64,000 nucleotides of DNA from an uncultured bacterium (GTDB lineage Bacteria; Omnitrophota; Omnitrophia; Omnitrophales; Aquincolibacteriaceae). The stretch is from positions 139,288-203,287 of the forward strand of contig CAYLPP010000003.1 of the NCBI GenBank assembly GCA_964385615.1, written 5' to 3'. Positions within the stretch are counted from its first letter, which is position 1, and each line of letters begins with the position of its first letter. The notes under the pieces are model-generated. The model was not told the origin of the DNA, made no database searches, and saw nothing but the letters and a program-made list of their open reading frames with translations. Shown here piece after piece: positions 32,501 through 44,500 of this stretch. Position numbers and translations under genes: made by a program.

Positions 32501-35500
32501 CGGACAAAGTGACTGAAGCCCCGGTATCCAGACTGCCGTCAAAAAGGTAATTGATCTTATCCGCTTTCGTGGAAGCGTCCGCCCAGCCGGCGCCTGAAAC
32601 TCCAACCCCGAATCCAGTATCGAGTAAATTCTTCGTTACACTCACTTCATCAGACGGAGTCTCACTAAGATAAGCTTTTTTGATATTACCGTTCGCATCC
32701 AGATCATAGGAATAGTAGGTGACTTTTCCTGAGTCATCAATTTGTTCAATAACCCTTCCATTCAGATCTTTGATTTCTCCAAAAAATTCCGTGGTCATAT
32801 CAGGCCCAGAACCACGGGTAGTAAGCTGATAGGTTCCAATCTGATTACCCAGAGCGTCATACTCATAAGAGTACCGGGTAACCTTCCCCTGACGGTCGAC
32901 GCTTTCAACAAGCTGTCCTTCTCTGGGGAAAGAAAACACTGTCTGCGTTTCCATCATGGTCTGAGAACCTGAAGCCCCGTTAAAATGGAGGAGAAGCTTG
33001 GTGTAGGAATCCGTCTGATACTCGCCCGTCGGAACCGTAAAATTGTCAGTCCAGCGCGCTATGCCCTTTGACATGCGGAATTCATCAATCGATCCGTGAA
33101 AGTCCTGAACATACCCCTCAAAACGCAGCGTTCCAATCTGTAATGGATTCGACGTATTGGTCGTGCTGTAAATCCATGTAGCCTGCGCCACTTTCACGCC
33201 GTTCAAAAACAAGGCGATCTGGTCTCCCTGCCGGGCCACCGCAATATGCTGCCACTGCCCCGCCACCACCGCGTTGGGAGAGCTCAAAAGCTGAACATGC
33301 TGATGGAAATTAACGTCTCCATTTCTTACCGCCGCGCCGAAAAACGCGTGAAGCGTTCCATCCGCGAGAATACTGATTCCGTTATACGCCGATCCATTTT
33401 CATAATCCCAAACCGCCAGCGCCTGGGTCCCGCTGATAACATCCGGTTTCGCCCACAGATCCACCGTGAAATCACCCGTCCCGAAATTCCAGTCATCGCT
33501 GTTGGCCAGCGTCAGATAATCCCCGGAACCGTCAAGTTTCAATCCTGTCGGACCCAATTTCGCGGCGCTATCGCTTAACTGCGCATCCCCTTGAAATGTC
33601 ACGGGAGCACTCGAAGGCACCGTCCGCTCATCCGAAAAATCAAAGCGCCGGGTCGTCGTGTAATCTACCACGCTTTCCGGCGTGGTTTTATGGTGAGCTT
33701 CAAAAACACGCGTAACATTCCCGAGAGAATCTTTTTCGTAAGTAAACGTTTCAGCCGACCCGCCAATTTGATATTCAGAAAGGGTTTCCCCCAGAACGTT
33801 AAAGGTTCTTTTCACGGTGCTGGTCACAGGCCATCCCGCAGGAGGATAGATCCTCACTTCATCAATATTAAACTCACTCAGACCGGTCTGCGATGCCGTC
33901 GCGGTAATACGTATAAATTTCGCTTTAACAGGATTAAAGGTATCCGATTGAAGACCTTGATAAAAACCGGGGCCCGTTTTCTGAACCACGTTGTACCAAT
34001 TAACACCGTCCAAAGAAACATCGATCTTGTACTGCAAACCCTGACTTGGATTGAAATAGGTCTGCACACTGCCGACCGGTGCCGTTTCAGCAAGTTCAAA
34101 TGTCATAGAACCATTCATTCCGCTTCGAGCGTAAGCACTGAATTTCCCATCAAAAGCAAGCTCAGATCCTGAAAAATTACTGTTGTTGGAAGCGGACACG
34201 ATCGGAAGCGCGGTCGTTAGGTCATCCTTAGAGTTCAATCCGGCAGGCGTTCCCAATAAAACCGCTTTCAAAATTCCATCCTGGCTCACCAGCGAGTCCG
34301 TTCGTATTACACTTCCATCCACATCTAGAAAATCCTGATAGGTCGTTTCGGTATATCGGACGCCGTTGAAATGAAGCAAAAGTTTTGTGTATGGGTCAGT
34401 TTGATACTCTTCTGCAGGCGGAGTAAAATTACTTGTCCACCGGGCAATTCCTTTGGATACCCGCATCTCATCAATCTCGCCATTAAAATAACCGTGATAT
34501 CCGCCGTCATAAGAGTAATACCAGACCCCAATTTTCAAAGTCTGTGAACTTGAAATGTTACCGTTATCCGTTTGATCGCTGCCGACCTGAGTTCCATTGA
34601 GGAAAAGTTTCACCGTTCCGTTCACCCGCACCAGAGCCAGGTGATACCAAGAGTCCGTGCTCAGCGACGTCGTGTAATTAAATTGATCCGTTTGAGCGGA
34701 AGCGGTGATATTCACGTGAATCTTACTGAGCGAATCCATGTAAATCCGGATTCCTCCCCCGCCATAGGTTGCGTTATCGTAAAGAGTTCCTGGAACGGAT
34801 GTTCCGGCTTTGATCTTAAATGAAGTATCGATCGTAAAATCGCCGGTTCCAAAATTCCAATCGGCACTGGCGGGGAAAGTGAGATAGTCTCCCGATCCGT
34901 CAAAACTCGCGGAGCCTTCGCCAAATTTCGCGTCTTCAGCGACATGAGCGTCTCCAACGACCGTCACACCATTTCCAAAGCCATGGTTCCCTTCGATTTC
35001 CCGGTTAATTGTCTTGATAAGCTTTCCTTGCGCGTCCCGGATTTCCTGCTGAAAAATTCCAAGATTATCCGAAATGGAAGTTACTAAATTCCCCTGGGAA
35101 TCATTCGAATAAGCATACCAGTGTTCAAATTGCTGGTTTTTAAGGTAGGTAACCTGATTTTGAGCATTTCTGATTTCAGTTAAAATAACCGCACCGCCCG
35201 CTTTAACGGTTTTGGTTACATTCCCCTGAGCGTCCGTATCATAGGAAGTCGTCTGTTCGTCAAAATGCTGTTCATCGAAGTGCAGAAGAAGTTTTGTGTA
35301 GGAGTCTTCAACGTAAGAGCCCGAAGGAACTGCAAAATTAGACGTCCAACGCGCAATCCCCTTGGAAACACGGACCTCGTCCATTTGCCCATTCAAAGAA
35401 TAAATATACCCGCTCCCGCTGTAAGTTCCCCCGACAACGGTCGTGAAAGCCCCCGAAGGCATATCGCCGGAGGCCGTTGAAGAACCTACGGCAGTTCCAT

Positions 35501-38500
35501 TGATATAAAGCGTAAAACTGTTCCCGTTTCTCACAAACGCAATGTGCGACCATACCCCGGTCGGCACAATACTTCCGGCTAGATTTAAAAAAGTCTGCCC
35601 GCTCTTCTCAACGTAGGCATGAAGCTGCCCGACGGAATCCAGATAAAGGAAAAAGTTATTATTCTGGCTTCCTCCGGTGTACTGCGACCAAAGCATTTGC
35701 TGATTGCTCATCGCCTCAGGCTTAGCCCAGAAATCAACCGTAAAATTATCAGTTCCATATTGGAAATCCGCACTGCCGCCATTCTCGACCCTCAGCATAT
35801 CGCCTGAACCATCAAGATGAAGAGCCGTCATTCCAAACTTGGGATCAGCTGAACTTAATTGAGCATTACCTAAAGCCGTTGTATTGCCTAAACCGCTGCT
35901 GTTTAAATTGCGTTCGGAAGAATAAATTTCCTGTCCTGCCGGATTGTATTTCTGAATTTTCAACAAACCCAGCGCGTCCGAAGTCGTAACAACTAAATTA
36001 TTTTCAGAATCGGTCTCATAAAGCGCGTTTGTATATTGGGAACCGCCGACCTCAATTTCATTTACCCCCACCTTGGAAGGCGTTCCGTCATTCGTCCAGG
36101 ACTGAAAGTTATCAATCCGGACATACCGAGCCTGTTGGGCTAAAAACGAAACCGTCTGAAGTCCCTGCCAAGACAATCCGGCAGCTCCACCAACCTTCTG
36201 CCAATGGATATTATCCTCAGAAACACTGACGTCAAACTGACGCACAAAACTGTTGTCGGCCGGAACTCCGGTGTCCACACGCACGGTAGAAATCTCTTTA
36301 ACTTCCCTGAGATCATAAATAACGTACTCATCGTTAAACCCATCACCCGGATTCAGGGAATACCATGGATTGTTCCGGTCATGAATCCCGTCATTCAAAC
36401 GGGAAGGCGGATTAGAAGAATTACTGAAATTTCCGCTTGTTGTAATCTGCGCCTGAGCGCCCAGTTTCATATCCAATCCAGCCCGCAATTTTTCGGATAT
36501 TTTATTCCCCTGAGCGTCAAATTCGGTTTGCCGGACTAAACCAATTGAATCCGTCTCGATTTCAGTGTAACTGCCGTCCTGATGCTGAGCGGTGGTTACT
36601 GTGGTCTGTTCATTTTCAGGTTTGGATGCCATCGTCTGCTCTTCGACGCTCTCAATAACATTACCTTTAGCATCCAGAACATAACGATAACGGACACTAT
36701 TCCCGGCCTGATCTTTCAAACCGGAAATCTTGCCGTTTGAATCAAAGAAACGGGTAACGGTCCCGGGGTAACGGTTATTTGTTTCAAGAGTCCGAAGTAA
36801 ATTCCCCTCAGAGTCTTTCTGATATTCGTAGTAGACCGTATAGCCATTGCGATCCGTCACTGAAAGAATGTCGCCAAACGGGGAAACTTGCTTAACAATT
36901 CCGGCTTCTCTCGTACCGTACTCCCGGGAACGCGTGAGCGCCTGCGCGTCAGCCTCATTGATCTGACCGTCTAAGTTAAGATCGAATTTCGAAAGATCCG
37001 CTGCCGCGGTGGATCCAAAAGCCGAAGAAAGAACCGAAAGGTCCCTGTCATCCACCTGCCGGTCTCCTGTAAAATCAAACCGGAGCTTGGTCGTTTCATA
37101 AATAGTCTGAACATTTCCAATAGAGGTTTTGTCATAATAGTACCCAGTCACCTGACCGTTTTTATCCGTCAGCGAAAGCGTTTCTCCTAGAGGCGAAAGT
37201 TTGCGAACCGTCAAAGCGACAGCCCCAGAAGGCATGGTCTCACGCTCGTGAATTTCAGAAACGTTTCCAAAAGCATCCCGGATATATTCAAAACTCACTT
37301 CTCTACCGTTCTTATCCCGGCTTAAAATCTGCTCCCCTTCAGCGTTAAACAGCGCAGTCTCTTCATAATGAACGTGCTGTCCGTCCGCTTGAGTAAAATC
37401 CACGGTTTCAACCGTCTCTGTGACTCTTCCCATAACATCATACCGATTGAGAATCTGAGCCCCCCGCCCATTGCGGTTCTCGCGGTAAATCGCATTCCCG
37501 TAGCGGTTTTGCTTTTCAACTTCCGTAAAATTAATTGAAGCTCCGAAAGTATCCTGAAAATGCGTGTGTTTTTGAATCTCTTTTTCCCCAGACACGTTCT
37601 CTCGAATAACCATATCAGTCACTACGCCGTTGCGGTCCGTGACACTCGTAACCATTCCCAGGTAATCCAGAGTCCGAGTTTCAATAGATCCGGCCCCCTG
37701 AGGATCATGCGGATAAAGAGTCTGCTCAATAACCTGAACCGTATTCCCGCGCTCATCCTTTTCGTAACTCAAAATTTTAATCAATCCATTCGGGAATCTT
37801 TGACGGATAATTTCACCCTCATGATTAAATTCCTGATAAACGATCCCTCCCGTTACAGAGTAAATAGACAAACTCGACTGAGGAGCTCCGAACTCATCCC
37901 GGTTATAAACATAGGTTCTCTGAGCTCCGGTCGGTTCAATTTCCTTGATTAATTCTCCATTAGAATTGTGAACACGCACGGTTTTACTGACAGTAAGGTC
38001 TTCGGCCTGAGCAATCAATCCAGCGGCAAGAAAATACTCCATAACTGCCTGGAGCCGGTTCTCGTCAGCCGCTGCTCGTTCGGAACTATTGAGTTCTTCA
38101 TAATCCCGGGCACCCGCTTTAAGGAGTTTTTCTGTTAATAACGCCCATTCAGAGCTCTGGGGAGCTGAGGAAGCGGGGAAAATCCTGGAATGCCCCAAAA
38201 TCTCGTCCGCCTTTGAAAAAATCCATTGTGTCTGCTGTTTAGCCTCAAGAATATCTTTGGAGTAATTGTTAACTGAAATTTCTCCTTCTGGAGTCAAGGA
38301 AAGGATCAGGTCTCCTTCCTGATTCAGAAGTTTATAATTTTTTTCCCGGCGGAGTGCCGTTCCCGCAGAAAACCCTGAAGCATTAAATAACGATTCGATA
38401 TCGGAATCATCGATTTTGCCGTCAGAATTACGGTCAAACACACTCAGAATCTCTTCAAAAGTGTAGTTATTACCTTCGGGGCGATGGAACCAAGCCGTTA

Positions 38501-41500
38501 AAAAGCCCGAAGAATCCTCCAGAAAATACTGGGTTTCCGTCACACTTTTCCCTAACCCCGTTGGATGCAGAACGGTATCGTATAAAGTCAAACGGGCATT
38601 CCGGTCCAGCTCCAGAGCTATCTCGCCATTGGAGTTAAACATACGGAAAACACGCCCTTCATTTTGATCGCTCGTAATAAAAACGCCCACGTTCCGGCCC
38701 GTGCTATTTTTTACGTAGTCAAAGTAGGTTGTACGGCCATAAAAATCGACGGTTGAAACAATATCCCCCTGAGCATCATAGTGAGAAACCGTTACCCGGT
38801 TTGGAAAAGCCCCGTTGGTTTCCTCCACCCTTTCCAGCCGGCCCGTTGACGTATAGAAATAATTTTTAACGGTGAAGGCATCCGTAACCTTATCGATGCG
38901 GGGGCCATCCGTATTAGGATCTATTTTATACGTGGTTGTGGAAAGAAGCGCTTTAGGCTGGCGGTCCAATTGATTGGTAGCCGGGTTGTATAAATAGGCG
39001 TACTTATAATCGATAATTTGATCCAAAGTCCCGTCGAAATGATAGGTATAAGCGGACTCCCGCTCCAAATTATTCATGGCACCCGGTTTATAAGTCAGGC
39101 GCCGTTCAACCCTTTCAGCTTCGACATTGCCTGAATACTGAATAACCTGAAACTCGTCATCATTCGCCGCCGCGGTGCTCCGGTCACGTACTTCCACCAC
39201 GAAATCGAGATCGTCCGCGTCCTTAGCTTCATCCTGATCTAAATCCCAGTAGGACGACAGGGTGAAACCAAGCTCCGGATAATTATCATTTTGGTGATAA
39301 AAATAATAAGACGTCTTCACTTCCCCGGCCGAAGTCTCCCGAATGGCCGCAATCCGCTTAAGATTTTTTCCGCCGTCCCCGTTCACCAGTTCACGGTAGG
39401 TGTAAATTTTCTCAGTGCCTTGCGCGTCTAAACTCTTCAGAAGGAGACCTGCAATATCCCATTCTTCATAAGAAGTCAGGCTCAGAACTTCTTCGCCTGT
39501 GGCATTATTAATAAAATGATGCTGAGCTTCTTTCCGCTGAAGCTTTCTCTCAGCGCCCGGAAATCGAATATAGGTATACTCGATCTCTTCACGGGTCGAT
39601 TCCGAAGCAATCGATTCCATGGTAAAAATCAAGTCCCCTTCTTTGTCGTACGTCCGCTTCACGCGGGATTCTTCGTCGTAAACAGGATTACCTTGCGTGT
39701 CAAGAATGGGATCGCCCAAAGCTGTTTTGCGCATTTTAAAATGAATTTCAGTTGTTGAACGGCTGCCCGTCTCAGCATTCGCCTCGTAAATATTCTCCAT
39801 TTTCGTGCCGTCAGGATAGGTTACCGATTGAACTTCGCCGGCAGGCGTATAGGCGTAAAGGGTTTCACCCTTCTTTGAATCAATAAACCGGACCAGATTT
39901 CCTTTAAGATCGTAGAAACTCTGAGTGGTAACCGAGGTAATAACATCCGCGCCGTCCACATTTTTAAGAGTGATTGTAATCGTCTCTTTTTTACTCTTAA
40001 GCGAGCCATCCGCGTATTTTTGAATTTCGTAGACCTTGACAGTCGAATTCGAGGGATCCTCCACACGGATAACGTCCCCTTCCGCGTTAAAATAAGAAGT
40101 CACTCCGTTTTGATCGGTTCTGGAACTCAGAATTTCAGAGTCTGAAAATCCGCGCCCTTTAACGTAGTTCCGTTTTGCTCCAAGGCCGTCAAAAGAAACC
40201 TTACCGCTTTCAACCGCCAAAGCCAGGCTTCCCGAATTAACCATTTCAATTTCCGGAGAAACCTGCCAGTTTAGAATTTCCGCTCCTGCCAAAGTAAAAA
40301 CCATTCGCCTTCCATTGAGAGAGGCATCAAATACATACGAAATATCTTGAGCCAGAGCCGTATTCAGAGCCGTTTCCTGGAGAACCGTTTCAGTCCCATT
40401 TTCCCGCTGAATAACCTGAAGTTTTTCAGAATCTAATTTAAACCCGAGATAAGTGCCGGCAGTGAGATAGCGGAGAATAAAAAACATTTCAGCGTCTGAG
40501 GATTCCAGAAGTTTGAAATCACCGGAAAGCTCATGGCTATCTCCCGCTTGAGGGAAAATAGAGGCAAGCCAGCGCTGACTTTGAGAATCAACCGCCAGAC
40601 GGCCGTTTTCCACGGTATGTCCCGTGCTGTCAGTCTGCCAATCGCGGGTAAAACTAATGTTATCCTCAAAAGACTGGGCGTTTAACTCTTCCACGGATTC
40701 TGACGTGCTTAAAATCTGTCCTTCCGCATTTCTTGTTTTTTGATAATTCGTCGTCTTCTGCCAACCACCTTCTTCACGAGTCTCCACAAGACTGAGAGCT
40801 TCTCCATCGAATCCGCGAGTGTATTCCAAAATATGCCCAAAACCATCTTCATAACGAAGAAGTGAACCGCGCACGTCAAAAACTCTTCGATCAAACCGGA
40901 AATTTGAAGCCTTGGAAGTCTCCCCCTGATCCTGACGGTAATCTTCAATCGCCTGACCATGAGCCGATCCTTTAATACCAATCAAACTGAGAGCTCCGGC
41001 GTTTTCAAGACCTCGAATTTTTGAACTACCGAAATTTTCTAATTTCGAAAAGAGTTCCTCATCCATTCCCGCGCTGATATCTCCGCGAGTGACTAGAATA
41101 ATTAAATCTCCTTGATTTAACGCGTCCAAATCAGTCTTTAAATCTGAAAATTCAGCCGTTGAATAAACATGAACCACAGCTTGATCTGGATCTGCCTGAT
41201 TCAAAACAACAAGTCCTATTCCGGAACCGGTCAAACCGGAAAGATTGGCTGTTTGGCCGTTAAATTGAATGGAAGGAACCGCGTCAGAGGGCACATAAGC
41301 TTTTGCCTGAATGGAAAAATCAAGAATCGGGCCTTTATCCCCAATGGCAGAATAGGTTTTTCTTTGGATTTCTTGAGGCTGTCCCAAATCATTCGTCAGC
41401 GTGACAGTCTCTTGCCGTTCACTTTCTGTTTGATTGGCCGTTTCATTGCCCCATTCATCCCAAGCTTGAGTCAAAATAACCGGAGAAAACTGCTCCAAAA

Positions 41501-44500
41501 TGTCAGGATTCTGACTGCCATAAAGCTGAAACCACTGTTTCAAAAGATCTAACGACAAATGCTGGATACTTGCGGAAACACCTAAATGCGCTTTCGCGTA
41601 AGCGAGAAACCCTTTTCCATCCTGAAGCTCATAAGTCGTCCGCTGGCGGATGCGTAATTTTTCATCGTATTGAAATTCGGTGATACGCCCCTGTTCATTT
41701 TCACTGATGCTATAAGCTAATTCACCCCGTGAGTTATATTCTTTGAAATTGGAAAAATCCACCTGCCTGCCGAACTGGTCAATCCCGAAAGAAACGGCAC
41801 CCTGCACTTTGGGAGTTCCATTAGGAAAAGTAGTTTGGGAATAACTTTTTGTAATTTGATGATTTCCAGTTCCCGTCTCACCCTGTGTCAAAAGCTCTCC
41901 GGTAAGCGCGTAACTGAAAACTGTCTGGATTCCGTCCTGATCAATCGATTGTGAAAGCCGTCCCAGGCTGTCAAATTCGTCCGTCGAAACCCGTTCCGTT
42001 TCTCCGGGAACCTGGATATGCTTTGTTATCTGCTGTAACTCTCCGTTAATCCCACGTACCCATTCAAAGAGAGTCACTAACCCATCCTTATTCTGGTTCA
42101 GAATCGTCTCTCCCCTAAAGTCATAGACGTTTTTCTCTATAAGCTTCGGAGTTTGAGCGTGCAGCTGCATCAATTCATTGAAATTCGCAACCCCCTCATA
42201 TTCGTAAACCCGAATCTCCTGAATTCCTCCCCAGGGAAAACGCACATATTCCGTCACCCGGCCTTTACCAGCCCGGTCAATCGAGGCAATCTCATTACCA
42301 AAAGCGTCAAATTTCTGAAGAATATCGGTTTGATAGGGATTCTGAAAACTATCCACTCCTTCGATCGTCTGCGTACTGCTGATTAAATCACCGTTAGACT
42401 GCCTTACTTCATGGAAAGCAGCCTGCTCTTGATAAATTGTTTCAGTACCGTTTGGGTTAAAGTGAATTTTATAAGTCAAGGCTGTTTGAGACCCCATGCC
42501 CCCATAAGTGTGAAGCGTCTCATCTCCATTCGCGGAAACTTCGCGAATGACATGCCCATAGATATCAAATTCCATAATTTCAGCCGTAGAAACATTACGT
42601 AAATCTTCTGTAACCCAACTCGTCACAACAGTCCGGTTTAAAAGACGGCCCGCGCTGTCACGCAAGTACGCCGTATTCTCAGTTTTCCCGTCACGGGTTT
42701 CATGACTCCGGACTTCTCCTTCCAACCGTCCGTAAATAAATTTTTCTCTCAGCTCTGAAGGCTGGTTCTGGTGAAGCAGCCGCAAATCTTCCAGGCTGGA
42801 GATATTTTCATAGTAAAAAACGGTCCGGGACAGAATCCGTCCGCTATCTGAATATTCATAAGAAATAACGCTGGCATGCCCATCCGGCATGATCCGTTCT
42901 GTCGCATTGCCGAAATAATCGTAAGCTGTAAGACTCAAATTCTGCGCGGCATTGCCGAAGGCATCCATGTATGTCAGAGTATCGCTTTCATCCAAAAGCT
43001 TTCCAGAAACGCTAACTAACCGGGTATGGGCCGTTAAGCGGTCAAATTGGTTTTGGGTATCACCCGCATAGTGATAAATCGTTGTGAGCAACTGATTGAA
43101 AGAATCATAGGTATACCGGATTTCATTCCCTAAATGATCAATCTGTTTTGTCAGGTTTTGATGAAGGTCATATTCAAAATACGAAACCGACTGGACTTGC
43201 GTACTTCCATCGTGATAAATCTCGGTCAGAGTATTGGCCGTTAAATTACCTTTAGCATCATAAGTCCATGCATTTTCACTGCGCGTGCCATTGCGTTCAC
43301 CGGCGGAAACTGTCTCTCCAAGCTCATTCCAGTCAGTTTCCACAACCACATCGGAAGGAACGGAGAAACGGTTCCACAAATCATTCATTGAAGTAACATT
43401 CTGATAAATATGATCCCACTGCCCCTTGAACTGATGGTTATAAAAAAGCGTGCGGGCATGAATGATCCCCTCGCCTTCAGGAGAAATTTCCGCGCCGATA
43501 TTTTCATAAGCATCCCAGTTGTAAGTTGTCACCCGGTCAATCACATTTCCAAAATCATCCGTGTAGCTGAGAGTCTCACTGCCCCAACGTTTACGGCCCA
43601 GAGCATTCTTCACATACTCCCATAAAGTAAGTCTGCCTTTTTCATCCTGATAACTAGTCAGGTATCCATCCGAATCATATTCCCAAAAGGCTGTTTCACC
43701 GTTGATATTCTCCGTTTCAATGATTCTTCCCTGACGATCTGTCACCACACGCTGTTGGGTCTGATAGGTGACATTGTTCCCACTGGCATCCGCGTCTGGA
43801 ATATCCCTCAAAAGGGTAAGTTCTTCGGAACCATCGCTTAAAAGCACGTAATTTCTGGTTTCTGAAGCTCCGTCACGATTCACAAGATGAATCGCACGGC
43901 CCCGGCTGTCAAAAAGACTGCTCACTGAGTAATTCTGGCTTCCATCCGTTACTTCCGCCGTGACCGTGCCATCCGGGGCATAAGTAAAAAGCGTCGATCT
44001 GCCGTCCGCTGATACAAGAGAAATACGGCGGTTTTGAGCATCATAGGTTTCCACAGTGACCGCGTTTACGGAATTTCCATAACCATCCTGATACTGAAGA
44101 GTATTTGTGACTACGGCATTACCATTTCCATCAACCGAATAAACCAGACTGCTTACGCGGCCATTGGCAAATTCATCGCGAGAAGTCAGTCTGCCGGAAG
44201 CATCATAATTCCAATTTGTCACTTCGCCGTTCTTATCCGTAAATCCCGTCAAACGTCCCTGTGAGTCATAATCCCTAACCAGCTGATAACTCACGGATTG
44301 AAGGGTCACGTCTTCAAAACGCGACCAATCGATTGAATCTGTCGCTTTAACAACCTTACCGTTCGCATCCTGTTCATACGTGAAGGTATGGAGCTCATTA
44401 TTAGCCGTCAGAACGCGCTGTGTATTTCCATAAATACGAACACGCTTCAAAGTCACGCTTGAAGTTTGAACGTCCAAGTAAGGATTCGCTTCAACGCCCC

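Noticed and set aside
37500-44100. Calling the giant protein a canonical Rhs/Tc toxin.
   Set aside because: YD repeats are present, but I could not find the RHS core closing motif (DPxGL) or an obvious N-terminal PAAR/VgrG/TcB-type delivery domain, so I describe it only as YD-repeat/teneurin-like.
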